Source of the DNA: Candidatus Omnitrophota bacterium
GTDB lineage: Bacteria > Omnitrophota > Gorgyraeia > Duberdicusellales > 4484-171
DNA: 64,000 nt
NCBI GenBank assembly: GCA_021735655.1
Contig: JAIPGM010000001.1
Span: forward strand, 224,001-288,000
Direction: 5' to 3'
Shown: positions 7,797 through 17,452 of the stretch, in pieces
Position numbering within the stretch: position 1 is the stretch's first letter
Layout of the letters: each line of letters begins with the position of its first letter
Translations under genes and position numbers: made by a program
The notes under the pieces: model-generated
Database searches by the model: none
Told to the model about the DNA's origin: nothing
Seen by the model: only the letters and a program-made list of their open reading frames with translations

Positions 7797-8843
7797 TTAT
7801 AAAAATAAAGGATAAATGGTTTTGCCCGGGCATTCTTCCGGACAGGATTTTCCTTTACGAAAGGTCCGGTATTTTTCTCCATACCATATATCCTTAAAAG
7901 ATAACTTATTTATATTTCCGAGTGATTTTTTTTCGGCATAAACACAACCTAAGACTTCACCTTCTAAAGTTATAACTGATTGAACCCAAGACAGATAGCA
8001 GGGTTTTTGTTTAGTCTGGCTTTGAATTTTCTGAGGTATTTTGTTACCACTGGCAAAATTTAAGAAACTTTTAATATTGTTGGGAATTTTTATCTTACTG
8101 GAAATGCTTGAGATTTTTTCCACGAATTCTTCCTGCTCAGACTCCGGAGGAATAAGTCTTTTATTTAGTTCCGGAGTCATAAGTAGAGGTTTAAACAGCA
8201 GCTTATCTGCCGATAATTTCTGGCTAAGAGCGATCATCTCGGCAGCATTGTGGTAATTAAGATTAGATATTACGTTTACCAGAAACAAGAGAGGGTATCG
8301 TTTTTTGCCTTTTAGGGACTTTATCAGGAAGAGATTGTTTAATAAAGTATTGAAATCTTTTTTGTTTCTGGAGGGCCTGATCCTTTGGAAAGTTTCAGCA
8401 TCCGCGCAATGAAGACTTACCAGAATTTTTTTTACACCCTTTTCTATTAGCTTGGCTATATTAGTTTTATCAAGATAAAAGGCATTGGTCATTAGCTCAA
8501 CATTGATTTTTTGCTCACCGGCTATGCTTATAAGTTTAAACAGATCGGGATGCATTAGTGGTTCACCTTCTCCGGTAAATAAAATAGTGTTTACCTGAAG
8601 GGTTTTTAATTGCTTAACCAGGGCAGAAAATGTATCACAGGAGATATGCTGATCCGGTTTTTTTTTGGATATCGCCCCTGAATGATACCAACACATTTCG
8701 CAAGCCATGTCGCATTTATTGGTTATATCAAGAGTTATCTTAAGCGGTCCGGTAAAAGCTCTGCTTCGGGAAAGTATTCCTAGGAGGCGGAGCATATTGT
8801 GAGAATTTGAAAGATAGTGTAGATTGTTTTTTAACGAAAACAT
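7797..8843 (-). CDS. Radical SAM/SPASM enzyme, family B paralog
   Basis: 'ITLDITNKCDMACEMCWY' carries CX3CX2C and a GEGEPLMH motif follows. The C-terminus has a SPASM-like pattern (KPCYLS...GEVLGCVYAE...GNINKLSFKDIWYG...CPEECPG). An alternative start at 8795 (MLRLLG) matches the paralog N-termini. Confidence 0.8.
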   Translation of the reverse strand: MFSLKNNLHYLSNSHNMLRLLGILSRSRAFTGPLKITLDITNKCDMACEMCWYHSGAISKKKPDQHISCDTFSALVKQLKTLQVNTILFTGEGEPLMHPDLFKLISIAGEQKINVELMTNAFYLDKTNIAKLIEKGVKKILVSLHCADAETFQRIRPSRNKKDFNTLLNNLFLIKSLKGKKRYPLLFLVNVISNLNYHNAAEMIALSQKLSADKLLFKPLLMTPELNKRLIPPESEQEEFVEKISSISSKIKIPNNIKSFLNFASGNKIPQKIQSQTKQKPCYLSWVQSVITLEGEVLGCVYAEKKSLGNINKLSFKDIWYGEKYRTFRKGKSCPEECPGKTIYPLFL

Positions 8844-9059
8844 AAGGTGATGTAATATGAGTACAATTAAAAATTATTATATCATTTTTAGCCCCGTAAA
8901 GACAGGGTTTTGAAGGGGATTTCTAGGCTTAAGACAGGCTATTGTGTTATGGTCATTAAGTATATATAATATATATTCCCAGGTAGATACACTAGTATTT
9001 TTCATAATAGTGCTAATTTTAAAGTTTTTAGTAGAATCTAACAAAGAGCTTGAGTATTT

Positions 9060-9911
9060 ATGAGCAAACCTTTATTATCGGTGATTATCCCAGCTTTTAA
9101 CGCCGAAATTTACATTGAAAAATGTTTGCAACCATTGATTAAGAATCTGTCTGATGGTTTAGAAGTAATTGTTGTCGATAATGGGTCAGTTGATAAAACA
9201 GCAGCTATTGTAACTGAGGGATACCCTCAGGTAACTTTGTTGAAAAATCAGGAAAATCTCGGTGCTTGTAGGGCTAGGAATCAAGCTATCGAAGTCTCAT
9301 CTGGAGAATGGGTTTTGACTCTTGATTGTGATGTGGTTTTGGAAGATGACTTTATTTTAAAAGTATCTCAGTTGATAGATGATCTGCCGTCTGATCGTAT
9401 TGGAATAATCCAGCCAAAAATATTGCAAGCTGACAAAAAAACTATTGATTCCTGTGGAATCCATCTTTCCTGGTTGAGGAGATTCTATGATCTTGGGAAG
9501 GGGAAAACTGACTCCGGCCAATTCAATGAATCTATCTATGTTTTCGGCGCCTGCTCAGCCTGCGCTCTTTATCGGCGGACGATGCTTGAGGATTTAAAAG
9601 AAAGTGGAGAATACTTTGATCAAAAGTTCTTTTTTTTAGTGGAAGATGTGGACTTGGCCTGGCGAGCAAATAATAGGCAGTGGCAATCATTCTTTTTTCC
9701 TTTTATTTCTTGTTGTCATATCGGAAAAAGTTCAGGTTTTCCTAAGAAATTCCGGCAGTATCTTTGTTTTCGCAATCGCTACTACACAATAGCTAAAAAC
9801 GAGGGGTTGGGTAGGTATGCCGGAAAAATTTTACCTGTGATTATATATGATTTTCCTAGGTTGGTTTATTTGGCTTTAACTAATAAATATTTCTGGACTA
9901 GAAAATTGTGA
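9060..9911 (+). CDS. Glycosyltransferase family 2
   Basis: 'LSVIIPAFNAE...VIVVDNGSVDKT' is the GT2 nucleotide-sugar-binding signature. A DxD-like 'LDCDVV' and a 'GACSACALYRR' block are present. Confidence 0.8.
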   Translation: MSKPLLSVIIPAFNAEIYIEKCLQPLIKNLSDGLEVIVVDNGSVDKTAAIVTEGYPQVTLLKNQENLGACRARNQAIEVSSGEWVLTLDCDVVLEDDFILKVSQLIDDLPSDRIGIIQPKILQADKKTIDSCGIHLSWLRRFYDLGKGKTDSGQFNESIYVFGACSACALYRRTMLEDLKESGEYFDQKFFFLVEDVDLAWRANNRQWQSFFFPFISCCHIGKSSGFPKKFRQYLCFRNRYYTIAKNEGLGRYAGKILPVIIYDFPRLVYLALTNKYFWTRKL

Positions 9912-11407
9912 AAACCGAAAACGGAATTACAAACCGGCGTGATTTTTGGATAAAGATTTCTCTGTTCTTTTTTGCTCTTTTTCTGCTTAGGGTATATGGT
10001 CTTAGCCGGCATGAGTTTTGGTATGATGAAATATACTCGGTTGATTTTGCCCGTTCTCCCTTGCTCAGTTGGAACGCCCCTCTTTATTGGATTATTATTC
10101 ATTTTTGGTCAAAGTTATTTGGTTTGTCTGAATTCAGCCTGCGTTTTCCTTCTGCTATTTTTAGTCTGGCTACTTGCGTAGGGACCTATGTTTTGGGAAA
10201 GATGATATTTAGCCGGAGGATCGGGCTTTTGTCAGCTTTGATCATTGGCTTGTCACCTTTCCACCTCTGGTATGCTCAGGAAGCCAGGAATTACAGCCTG
10301 GTAACTTTTTTGGGAATATTTTCTTCTTATTTATTTTTTCGGGCTCTTAATGAGAGAAAAACAATATTTTGGGTTTACTTTGTAGTAATTTCTTTGCTTG
10401 GCGTGTACACAAACTACTTTTATTTGTTTTTGTTGTTTTTTCAAGGGGTCTATTTTGTTTGCTTCCGGGGGGTCAGATTCAAGCTTAAAGAAATATGGCC
10501 TTTTTTAATAGTTCTTGCCGGATTTATGTTTTATTTTCCGGGATTTATCAGTAAGTTTGCTTTTGTAAAATTAGGTTTTTGGGTGCCTAAGCCAGAGCTT
10601 GGGGCACTACTTATTAGTTTTGAGAATTTTCTTTTGGGTTATAGCGGAAACAGATTTTTTTATCTAGTGGCTAGTTTAATAACTTTAGTTTGTATTGGTG
10701 CGTTATTATATAAAGTAATAAAGGATAAGGCTATTTGCCAGGGGGTATTTTTTTGTTTTTGTTTATCGTTTGCTCCGATATTATTGATATTTTTGTTTTC
10801 CAGTATTTTTTTCTCAATTTATTTAGATCGGGGCCTGATGTTGTTCAGTCCTTATTTTTATATTCTTCTTTCTTTGGGATTGTTTTATTTGGTTCGACGC
10901 TGGAGAATCATTGTTTTTATTTCTCTTGTTTTTTTACAGATAGTTGCTATTTTCGGATTTTATCAGGATCGGATGTATCCGCCGCTTAAGCATCATATCG
11001 GAACTTATCTTAAAAAACCGGTTAAACCGGCCATAACTTTTCTTGAGGACAATGTCCGAGAGGGTGATATTGTTGCTTATACTAATCCTTCGGCCATACG
11101 TTCTATGGAATATTATAGCCAGCGGAGATTAGCTGATTTTTATATGTTTTTTGATCCGAGCTTGTCGGAATCATCTTGGCAAAGGCCTATCCAGGAAACA
11201 GCCACTATAGTTCCATATAATAAAATAAGAGGCTTACCTGCTGAACGTATTTGGGTTATTTTTAATGATTGGGGTAGAACCGGTGGCTTGGATGAACATT
11301 CAAAAATAGTAAAGGATTGGATGGATGAAAATCTTACCTTGAAAACTTCCCGGGAATTTGATGGCTTGTGGGTATTGGAGTATACAAAGAAAGTCATTAG
11401 CCCATAG
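9908..11407 (+). CDS. GT-C membrane glycosyltransferase (ArnT/PMT, GT39/GT83-like)
   Basis: It has about 10 or more transmembrane segments. 'RHEFWYDEIYSVDFA' is the periplasmic DE-loop motif of the PMT_2 family. The GTG start overlaps the upstream stop. Confidence 0.65.
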   Translation: MKTENGITNRRDFWIKISLFFFALFLLRVYGLSRHEFWYDEIYSVDFARSPLLSWNAPLYWIIIHFWSKLFGLSEFSLRFPSAIFSLATCVGTYVLGKMIFSRRIGLLSALIIGLSPFHLWYAQEARNYSLVTFLGIFSSYLFFRALNERKTIFWVYFVVISLLGVYTNYFYLFLLFFQGVYFVCFRGVRFKLKEIWPFLIVLAGFMFYFPGFISKFAFVKLGFWVPKPELGALLISFENFLLGYSGNRFFYLVASLITLVCIGALLYKVIKDKAICQGVFFCFCLSFAPILLIFLFSSIFFSIYLDRGLMLFSPYFYILLSLGLFYLVRRWRIIVFISLVFLQIVAIFGFYQDRMYPPLKHHIGTYLKKPVKPAITFLEDNVREGDIVAYTNPSAIRSMEYYSQRRLADFYMFFDPSLSESSWQRPIQETATIVPYNKIRGLPAERIWVIFNDWGRTGGLDEHSKIVKDWMDENLTLKTSREFDGLWVLEYTKKVISP

Positions 11408-11518
11408 TAGGCCTGTGTTTTGTTGATGATTTAGCTGGGGTTATGATAAAATATGTAGACTAATGAGAATTACTGTATTAAACGAGACTCATTTACAGCA
11501 AAAGCTTAACCGAAAACA

Positions 11519-13081
11519 ATGAAAGCCTTATCTAGCAAGAAGCATTTTATAGTAATTTCATTGATAATGATTTTGTCTTTTCATTTTATAAATAACTTTA
11601 TATGGCTGGCAATTGACGATACTCCGGACGGGGTTGACACTGCTTGGCATTTGATAGAGGCCGCAAAATTCCAGATATTGTTTAGGGGGATATCAGAATC
11701 CAAACAATCGTTATTTAGTAAGATAAAACAAATGTTTTATACGTTTAGAGAAGGGAGCGGCCATATAGCTTGGCCGCCACTTATCTATCTTATTTCTTGG
11801 TTATTGGTCCCTTCTCACTTTTCGCTTTTTTCAATCAGGCTGTATGTAGATTTTTTATTTTTTTCCTTGTTGATAATTTCTGTATATTTTTTAGGGAAGA
11901 AGATTTTTAACAAAAAGACTGGTTTGCTGGCTGCTTTTTTGATAAGTTTTTATCCTTCTGTTTATTTTTCTTCTCGGCAATTTGGACTAGACCTACCGTT
12001 GACAACTTTCACGGCTTTGTGTACTTGTTTTATTTTGTATTCTGAGAGTTTTTCCCGGAGAGGCTACTCTTTGTTGTTTGGCTTAAGTCTGGGCCTCGCG
12101 ACTTGGGCTAAGCTGCAGATAGCTTTTTTCCTGCTGGTGCCATTATGCTGGGAAACTTTTAAAATATTTTCTAAAGCTGTGGAAAAAAAATCCAAATCAT
12201 TGTTTAACTTGATTCTTAGCTTGGCGGTAACATTTATTTTATTTTGGGTATATTGGGGTTCTAAGCTTCAATCAGCCTGGGTAAGCTTTTGTGAGTACGC
12301 TACGTTTCTTTATCCTTCTTTTAAGAACAATTTGTTTATTTTAAGCGAACCGGAAATACCGATATTTAGTATAAGTAATATGTTTTTTTACCCGTCTCAG
12401 ATGCTAAACTACACATCTTGGGTTCTTTTTGCCTTATTCGTAATTGCCTTGATATTATCCTGGCGATACAAAATGAAACGAAGAGGCTTCTTCTTAGCAA
12501 GTTTGATTGTGCCTTATCTTATTTATACTTTTATATCTATGAAATGGGCACGTTACACATTGCCGTTTCTTGTATTCATTGCTTTAATTTCTGCTTGGTC
12601 AATTGATAGTCTTAGGCGTAAATACTTAAAGAAATTTATGTTGAGGGGAATAATTATTTATTGCCTAGGAGTTTTTTTCATAATATCTTGGGTAATTCCT
12701 TACAATAAAACACCTTTTTTCTGCGGAGATTTTTTCGGGTATCATCTTCCTTATTTTCGTCCGCCGGCTTTTGATGCTTACGCTGAAACAGTTAGCGAGA
12801 AAGGAATCATTAACGACATTAAGGGTAAAATCAGCGGTAGCGAGGAAGTAACCATAAGCTATAATAATCACGGAGCCCGCACAGTGCTCGTTTTTTACGA
12901 CATTTTTAGTGACTATATTTTGTCTGGTAAAATAAACTTACGAAGGGACGATGAGCTAAGTTTTTCTGATGCCGACTATATAGTTTTAGGAAATCAGGAT
13001 TGGTTTGAAAAAAAAGATATTCTAAAAAAATATAAGGTTTTGTCTAAGTTGAAAGAAGAAACAGTTTTGTTTAAGGAGTAA
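11519..13081 (+). CDS. GT-C-like polytopic membrane glycosyltransferase (ArnT/PMT-like)
   Basis: It is a multi-pass membrane protein. The first loop has an acidic motif (IDDTPDGVDTAWH) and there is a large C-terminal soluble domain. Confidence 0.5.
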   Translation: MKALSSKKHFIVISLIMILSFHFINNFIWLAIDDTPDGVDTAWHLIEAAKFQILFRGISESKQSLFSKIKQMFYTFREGSGHIAWPPLIYLISWLLVPSHFSLFSIRLYVDFLFFSLLIISVYFLGKKIFNKKTGLLAAFLISFYPSVYFSSRQFGLDLPLTTFTALCTCFILYSESFSRRGYSLLFGLSLGLATWAKLQIAFFLLVPLCWETFKIFSKAVEKKSKSLFNLILSLAVTFILFWVYWGSKLQSAWVSFCEYATFLYPSFKNNLFILSEPEIPIFSISNMFFYPSQMLNYTSWVLFALFVIALILSWRYKMKRRGFFLASLIVPYLIYTFISMKWARYTLPFLVFIALISAWSIDSLRRKYLKKFMLRGIIIYCLGVFFIISWVIPYNKTPFFCGDFFGYHLPYFRPPAFDAYAETVSEKGIINDIKGKISGSEEVTISYNNHGARTVLVFYDIFSDYILSGKINLRRDDELSFSDADYIVLGNQDWFEKKDILKKYKVLSKLKEETVLFKE

Positions 13082-13091
13082 GCAGTAGATT

Positions 13092-14288
13092 ATGTTTTTG
13101 TTTCTTTCGTTGTTGCCTTTAATGGTTGTGTTTTATTGGTTCGGCCTGCCCCGAAAGTGGCGAAGCTTATTTTTATTTGCAATGAGCCTTGTGTTTGCCG
13201 CGTCCATTAGCTTAAGGTATACGTTCTATTTTCTTTTCAATATAGTGATAGTTTATGTCGGCGGAGCCTCAATGCGTAAAACCGACAAAAGAAAAAAAAT
13301 TATTCTTAAATTGTTATTAGTTTGGCTGGTTGGTAATATCTGCTTTTTCAAATACATTGGTCTACTAGCTGTTAGCATGTCGAGGATATCTTGGTTTGCA
13401 TCAATGCCAAAAATACCAATGCCGGGGATAGTTTTACCTTTAGGAATTTCTTATATAATATTCAGGCTCATACATTACATTGTTGAGGTTTATAGAAGGA
13501 ATATGCCCGAGAGTTCCTTTAGTGATTTCGGACTATATATTTTATTCTTTCCGACATTTTTAGCTGGTCCGGTTGAAAGATTTCATAATTTTCATTCCCA
13601 AACTAGAGCCCAGAAAAGTATTTCCGCGGGCACCAGCCTTGGCGATATCAATTACGGATTATTTCGCATTATTTGCGGTATGGTTAAGAAATTCATTATC
13701 GGCGATAGTTTAGCAAGATTGATAATGCCGTTGCTTAATTCACCGCAGAATTATTCGCGTTTGCTGGTGTTGGTGTCTATATACGGTTTAGCTGTACGAA
13801 TCTATATGGATTTCTCAGGTTATACTGACATGGCTATTGGAATAGCTAGATTGTTTGGATACCGGATTGTTGAGAATTTTAAAAAGCCCTTTTTTCAAAA
13901 AAATATAGCTTTATTTTGGAGAAATTGGCATATATCAGTGTATACCTGGATAAGAGATTATTTCTTTTTTCCATTTTTCGGCCATCGGGCTTCCAGTGTA
14001 AAAGTTTATGCTGGCGTGTTTTTTTCTATGCTTGTATTTATGTTATGGCACGGAGGAAACTTTAATTTTTTTATTTTAGGAATTTATCATGGCTTGGGTC
14101 TTTTAACCTGGTATGGGTTTCAGGAGATAAAAAGAAAACATCCTGCGATTCGTCGCTTGACCGTCAAGCCTTATCTGGACCCGTTGGCTATTTTTTTTAC
14201 ATTTAGTTTTGTAAGTTTCGGTTTTATTGTTTTCGCTTTGGACATTAATTGTGCAAAGGCTATTTTACAAAGAGTATTTTTTGTTTAG
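13092..14288 (+). CDS. MBOAT-family membrane-bound O-acyltransferase (DltB/AlgI-like)
   Basis: 'FWRNWHISVYTWIRDYFFFP' matches the MBOAT 'WRRWHISLSTWLRDYLY' block, including the catalytic His. Confidence 0.8.
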   Translation: MFLFLSLLPLMVVFYWFGLPRKWRSLFLFAMSLVFAASISLRYTFYFLFNIVIVYVGGASMRKTDKRKKIILKLLLVWLVGNICFFKYIGLLAVSMSRISWFASMPKIPMPGIVLPLGISYIIFRLIHYIVEVYRRNMPESSFSDFGLYILFFPTFLAGPVERFHNFHSQTRAQKSISAGTSLGDINYGLFRIICGMVKKFIIGDSLARLIMPLLNSPQNYSRLLVLVSIYGLAVRIYMDFSGYTDMAIGIARLFGYRIVENFKKPFFQKNIALFWRNWHISVYTWIRDYFFFPFFGHRASSVKVYAGVFFSMLVFMLWHGGNFNFFILGIYHGLGLLTWYGFQEIKRKHPAIRRLTVKPYLDPLAIFFTFSFVSFGFIVFALDINCAKAILQRVFFV

Positions 14289-14307
14289 CTAAAAAAAGGA
14301 GTCACAA

Positions 14308-14544
14308 TTGAAGGACAAAATAAGAAACTTTATCATTAGCAATTTTATGTTTGATGAGGGTAGTTTAGGAGATGATGATTTACTATTTGAGACAGGGATC
14401 ATAGATTCTATGGGATTTATCAAACTGCTCGCTTTCATTGATAAGACATTTAATCTATCTATGGATATGAGTGAAATAAGCATCGATAATTTTAATACTT
14501 TAAACAATATTGTTAAGAGCTTAGAGCGTAAGATTAATAGGTAA
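14308..14544 (+). CDS. Acyl/peptidyl carrier protein (DltC-like)
   Basis: 78 aa. 'GIIDSMGFIKLLAFI' is the DSx phosphopantetheine-attachment motif. Confidence 0.7.
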   Translation: MKDKIRNFIISNFMFDEGSLGDDDLLFETGIIDSMGFIKLLAFIDKTFNLSMDMSEISIDNFNTLNNIVKSLERKINR

Positions 14545-14571
14545 TTATTTTATAAAAAGGAGATTCGGAAT

Positions 14572-15717
14572 ATGAATTTTTCCTGGAGTAAAAATCAAGA
14601 AGAACTCAAAAGGGCGGCAACAAAATTTGCGGCGGCCAAACTCAATGATGATATTATTCAAAGGGACAAGAACGGTAAATTTTCCTTAGACGGCTGGAAG
14701 GCCTGCGCTGACTTTGGTCTCCAGGGCATGTTAATGCCCAAAAAGTATGGTGGATTGGGATTTGGGTTACTTGATATAGTAGCTATCTTGGAAGGTATAG
14801 GCTACGGATGTAAAGATAATGGACTTATATTTTCAATCAATGCCCATATTTGGGGGGCAGAGGCGCCGATTTATCATTTTGGTACAGAAACCCAGAAGAA
14901 AAAATTACTTCCCGGTTTTTGTAACGGTAGCTTAATTGGGGCAAATGCAATGACTGAACCCGGTTCAGGTTCGGATGTCTATTCCCTTAGAACTACCGCT
15001 GTTAAAAAGAATAATTATTACACTTTGAACGGAACCAAGATCTTTGTCACCAATGCCCCTTTGGCTGATATATTTATTGTTTACGCTCGTACCGCTAAGT
15101 CTCGAGGATTCTCCGGTTTATCTTGCTTTTTAGTCGAGAAAGGTACCAAGGGATTAGTTATAGGTGAAAATTTCGAAAAAATGGGGCTTAGGACCAGTCC
15201 GATGTCGGAAGTGATTTTTAATAATTGTAAGATACCGAAAAACAATTTAGTCGGTCAAAAAGGTTCAGGAGCCTTGGTTTTTAATGATAGCATGGAATGG
15301 GAAAGGGTTTTTATTTTAGCTAATTGTGTAGGTATTATGGATCGCCAGCTGAAATATTGCATAGAATACGCAAATTCCAGAAAGTTGGATACCAAGCCAA
15401 TCGGTAAATACCAATCCGTAGCCAATAAGATTGTAGATATCCAGTCGAACCTTGAAGTAAGCCGCTTGCTTCTTCATAAGGCCGCTTGGCTTAAGAGCTG
15501 CAAAGAATCGGCATCAATGGCTTCAGCAATGACAAAATTGTATCTTAGCGAAGCTTATATTAAAAGTATTCGCTGTGTCATGGATATCTTTGGTGGATAT
15601 GGATATATGACTGAGTATGAATTGGAGCGCGAATTGAGAGATGCTCTAGCGAGCACTGCCTATTCGGGAACATCGCAGATACAAAAAAATATCATTGCCG
15701 GTCTTAGCGGATTATAA
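14572..15717 (+). CDS. Acyl-CoA dehydrogenase family flavoenzyme
   Basis: 'GANAMTEPGSGSDV' is the ACAD signature. The C-terminal helical domain ends '...YSGTSQIQKNIIAG'. Confidence 0.8.
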   Translation: MNFSWSKNQEELKRAATKFAAAKLNDDIIQRDKNGKFSLDGWKACADFGLQGMLMPKKYGGLGFGLLDIVAILEGIGYGCKDNGLIFSINAHIWGAEAPIYHFGTETQKKKLLPGFCNGSLIGANAMTEPGSGSDVYSLRTTAVKKNNYYTLNGTKIFVTNAPLADIFIVYARTAKSRGFSGLSCFLVEKGTKGLVIGENFEKMGLRTSPMSEVIFNNCKIPKNNLVGQKGSGALVFNDSMEWERVFILANCVGIMDRQLKYCIEYANSRKLDTKPIGKYQSVANKIVDIQSNLEVSRLLLHKAAWLKSCKESASMASAMTKLYLSEAYIKSIRCVMDIFGGYGYMTEYELERELRDALASTAYSGTSQIQKNIIAGLSGL

Positions 15718-15718
15718 T

Positions 15719-17302
15719 ATGGAATACCGATTACCGACATTATTGCGGCAAAGCGCAAAGAGTCAACCTTTTAAAGTTGCCATTAGACAGGGCGAAGAAG
15801 AACTTTCATATGAAGATTTGAATTTGTTGAGTGATAAGTTGGCCTCTTGCTTAGTCGATAAAGGCCTAAAGGTTGGCGACAGAGTAGGAATATATATAGA
15901 TAAATCGATTGATGCTGTTATTGCTATATTTGGTATTTTAAAATCGGGCGGTTGTTATGTTTCTTTGGATCCTTTGGATAATTCCCGGAGGCAGACCTTA
16001 ATTGTTAAGGATTGTTCATTGAAATATTTGATTTCTTCTTCAAAAAAGTTACCATCTCTGGTTAAAATAATACGCGGTATAGATAGTCTAGAGTATATAT
16101 TTGTAGTTGACGCCAACAAAAAAGAAAGTAGCAGGGATTGGTGCGACATTAAGATGGTTTTTAAAAAGGAGATATTTAATTCAGATGTTAGCATTTCCCC
16201 AAGGTCGAGAAGATTAAAAGACAACAACTCGGCATATATACTTTATACTTCTGGTTCAACCGGAAAACCCAGAGGAGTAGAGATTAGTCATCGGGCTTCA
16301 CTTGCTTTCATAAATTGGGCCAATAAGTATTTTAATATTACTAAAGCCGACATTGTGGCGGCTCAGTCTCCGTTTCATTTCGACCTTTCCATTTTTGATA
16401 TTTTCGTCAGCATAAAGGCCGGCGCGACCATTTGTATTGTTCCTCAGTCTTTATCAATTTTTCCTAAATCTTTGGCAGATTTTATCGAGAGCCAGAAAAT
16501 TAGCACTTGGTATTCTACACCTTCGGTTTTAATCAAGCTTCTTTACTACGGTAATCTTCAGAAAAGGAATTTATCAGCCCTAAAAAGAATTATTTTCGCC
16601 GGTGAGGTATTTCCCCCAAAGCATCTGCATAAGCTAATGAAGATATTGCCGGGAGCTAAATACTATAATTTATACGGACCTACCGAAACGAATGTCTGTA
16701 CTTGTTATTTTTTAAAGCGTATTCCTAAGGTAGATAAACCGATCCCGATAGGGTGTCCTTGTCGCGGCCAATATATTTTCATAGTTGATAAGGCTGGCAA
16801 TCTTGTTAAAAACGGTCAATCGGGCGAATTATGTGTTAGCGGACCCACACTTATGCAGGGATACTGGAATAATTCTCAGGCAACCGAGAAAGCTATGATT
16901 AAGCTCAATTTTTTAAATAAAGCCAGTAAGGTATATAGAACTGGTGATTTGGCCAAAATTAGAAAAAACGGAGATATTCTTTATTGTGGCCGTAATGATG
17001 AAATGTTAAAGGTAAGGGGATATCGGGTTGAGCCGGCTGAAATTGAAGCAGTTTTGCATTCATGTCCGGGAATAAAAGAAGCAGCTGTGGTAGGAGTCTC
17101 AGCTGATGCAGCTGGGGACAGAATCAAAGCCGTGATTAGCCTAAAAACTAACTATTCTGTTTCTGAGAGTAAGGTAAAGCTTTTTTGTTCCAGGCAGTTG
17201 CCTTCCTATATGGTTCCTGCGGAAATATTTTTTAAAAAGTCGTTACCTCGGCTTTCTACCGGAAAAATTGATAGGAAGAAATTGAAAACAATTCGAAGAT
17301 GA
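15719..17302 (+). CDS. Adenylate-forming enzyme (AMP-dependent ligase, DltA/NRPS A-domain-like)
   Basis: Core adenylation motifs are present: 'YILYTSGSTGKPRGVEISH', 'YGPTE', 'YRTGDL' and 'GRNDEMLKVRGYRVEPAEIE'. ATG 15719 is preferred. The ORF track starts at 15695. Confidence 0.85.
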   Translation: MEYRLPTLLRQSAKSQPFKVAIRQGEEELSYEDLNLLSDKLASCLVDKGLKVGDRVGIYIDKSIDAVIAIFGILKSGGCYVSLDPLDNSRRQTLIVKDCSLKYLISSSKKLPSLVKIIRGIDSLEYIFVVDANKKESSRDWCDIKMVFKKEIFNSDVSISPRSRRLKDNNSAYILYTSGSTGKPRGVEISHRASLAFINWANKYFNITKADIVAAQSPFHFDLSIFDIFVSIKAGATICIVPQSLSIFPKSLADFIESQKISTWYSTPSVLIKLLYYGNLQKRNLSALKRIIFAGEVFPPKHLHKLMKILPGAKYYNLYGPTETNVCTCYFLKRIPKVDKPIPIGCPCRGQYIFIVDKAGNLVKNGQSGELCVSGPTLMQGYWNNSQATEKAMIKLNFLNKASKVYRTGDLAKIRKNGDILYCGRNDEMLKVRGYRVEPAEIEAVLHSCPGIKEAAVVGVSADAAGDRIKAVISLKTNYSVSESKVKLFCSRQLPSYMVPAEIFFKKSLPRLSTGKIDRKKLKTIRR

Positions 17303-17421
17303 AAAAAAACCATAAAACACTCATGGTAACAATTGTTCTCTGTGGTATTATATTTATAATCAGCTATATTTTATATTTTTTTATAAAGCCTCCGCTTGAA
17401 TTTATATATCAACAATTCTAG
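17299..17421 (+). CDS. DltX-like 40-aa membrane micropeptide
   Basis: Not in the ORF track. Its ATG overlaps the stop of the adenylation gene as ATGA. The translation is MKKNHKTLMVTIVLCGIIFIISYILYFFIKPPLEFIYQQF*. It has one transmembrane segment, and its C-terminal FIYxxF motif resembles my recollection of the DltX C-terminus (FIYNEF-like), which needs checking against a DltX model. Confidence 0.45.
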   Translation: MKKNHKTLMVTIVLCGIIFIISYILYFFIKPPLEFIYQQF

Positions 17422-17452
17422 GATGGCGAATCTTTTTTAAAGGCATGCTATT

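Noticed and set aside
995-8843. Considered calling this a lasso-peptide cluster because PqqD, an HprK-like kinase and a nucleotidyltransferase co-occur.
   Set aside because: There is no Asn-synthetase-like lasso cyclase, no transglutaminase-like B2 protease and no ABC exporter. The candidate core (GCGCCGCCCCW) has no Asp/Glu for isopeptide formation and is flanked by SPASM rSAMs instead.
8844-9059. 18-aa micro-ORF (MSTIKNYYIIFSPVKTGF) in the divergent intergenic region between the 8843(-) rSAM and the 9060(+) GT2, as a possible precursor for family-B rSAMs.
   Set aside because: It has no RBS, an AT-rich low-complexity sequence, and no Cys/Gly-rich or repeated core. The region is more plausibly a bidirectional promoter. 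I could not define convincing -35/-10 hexamers there, so no promoter feature was called.
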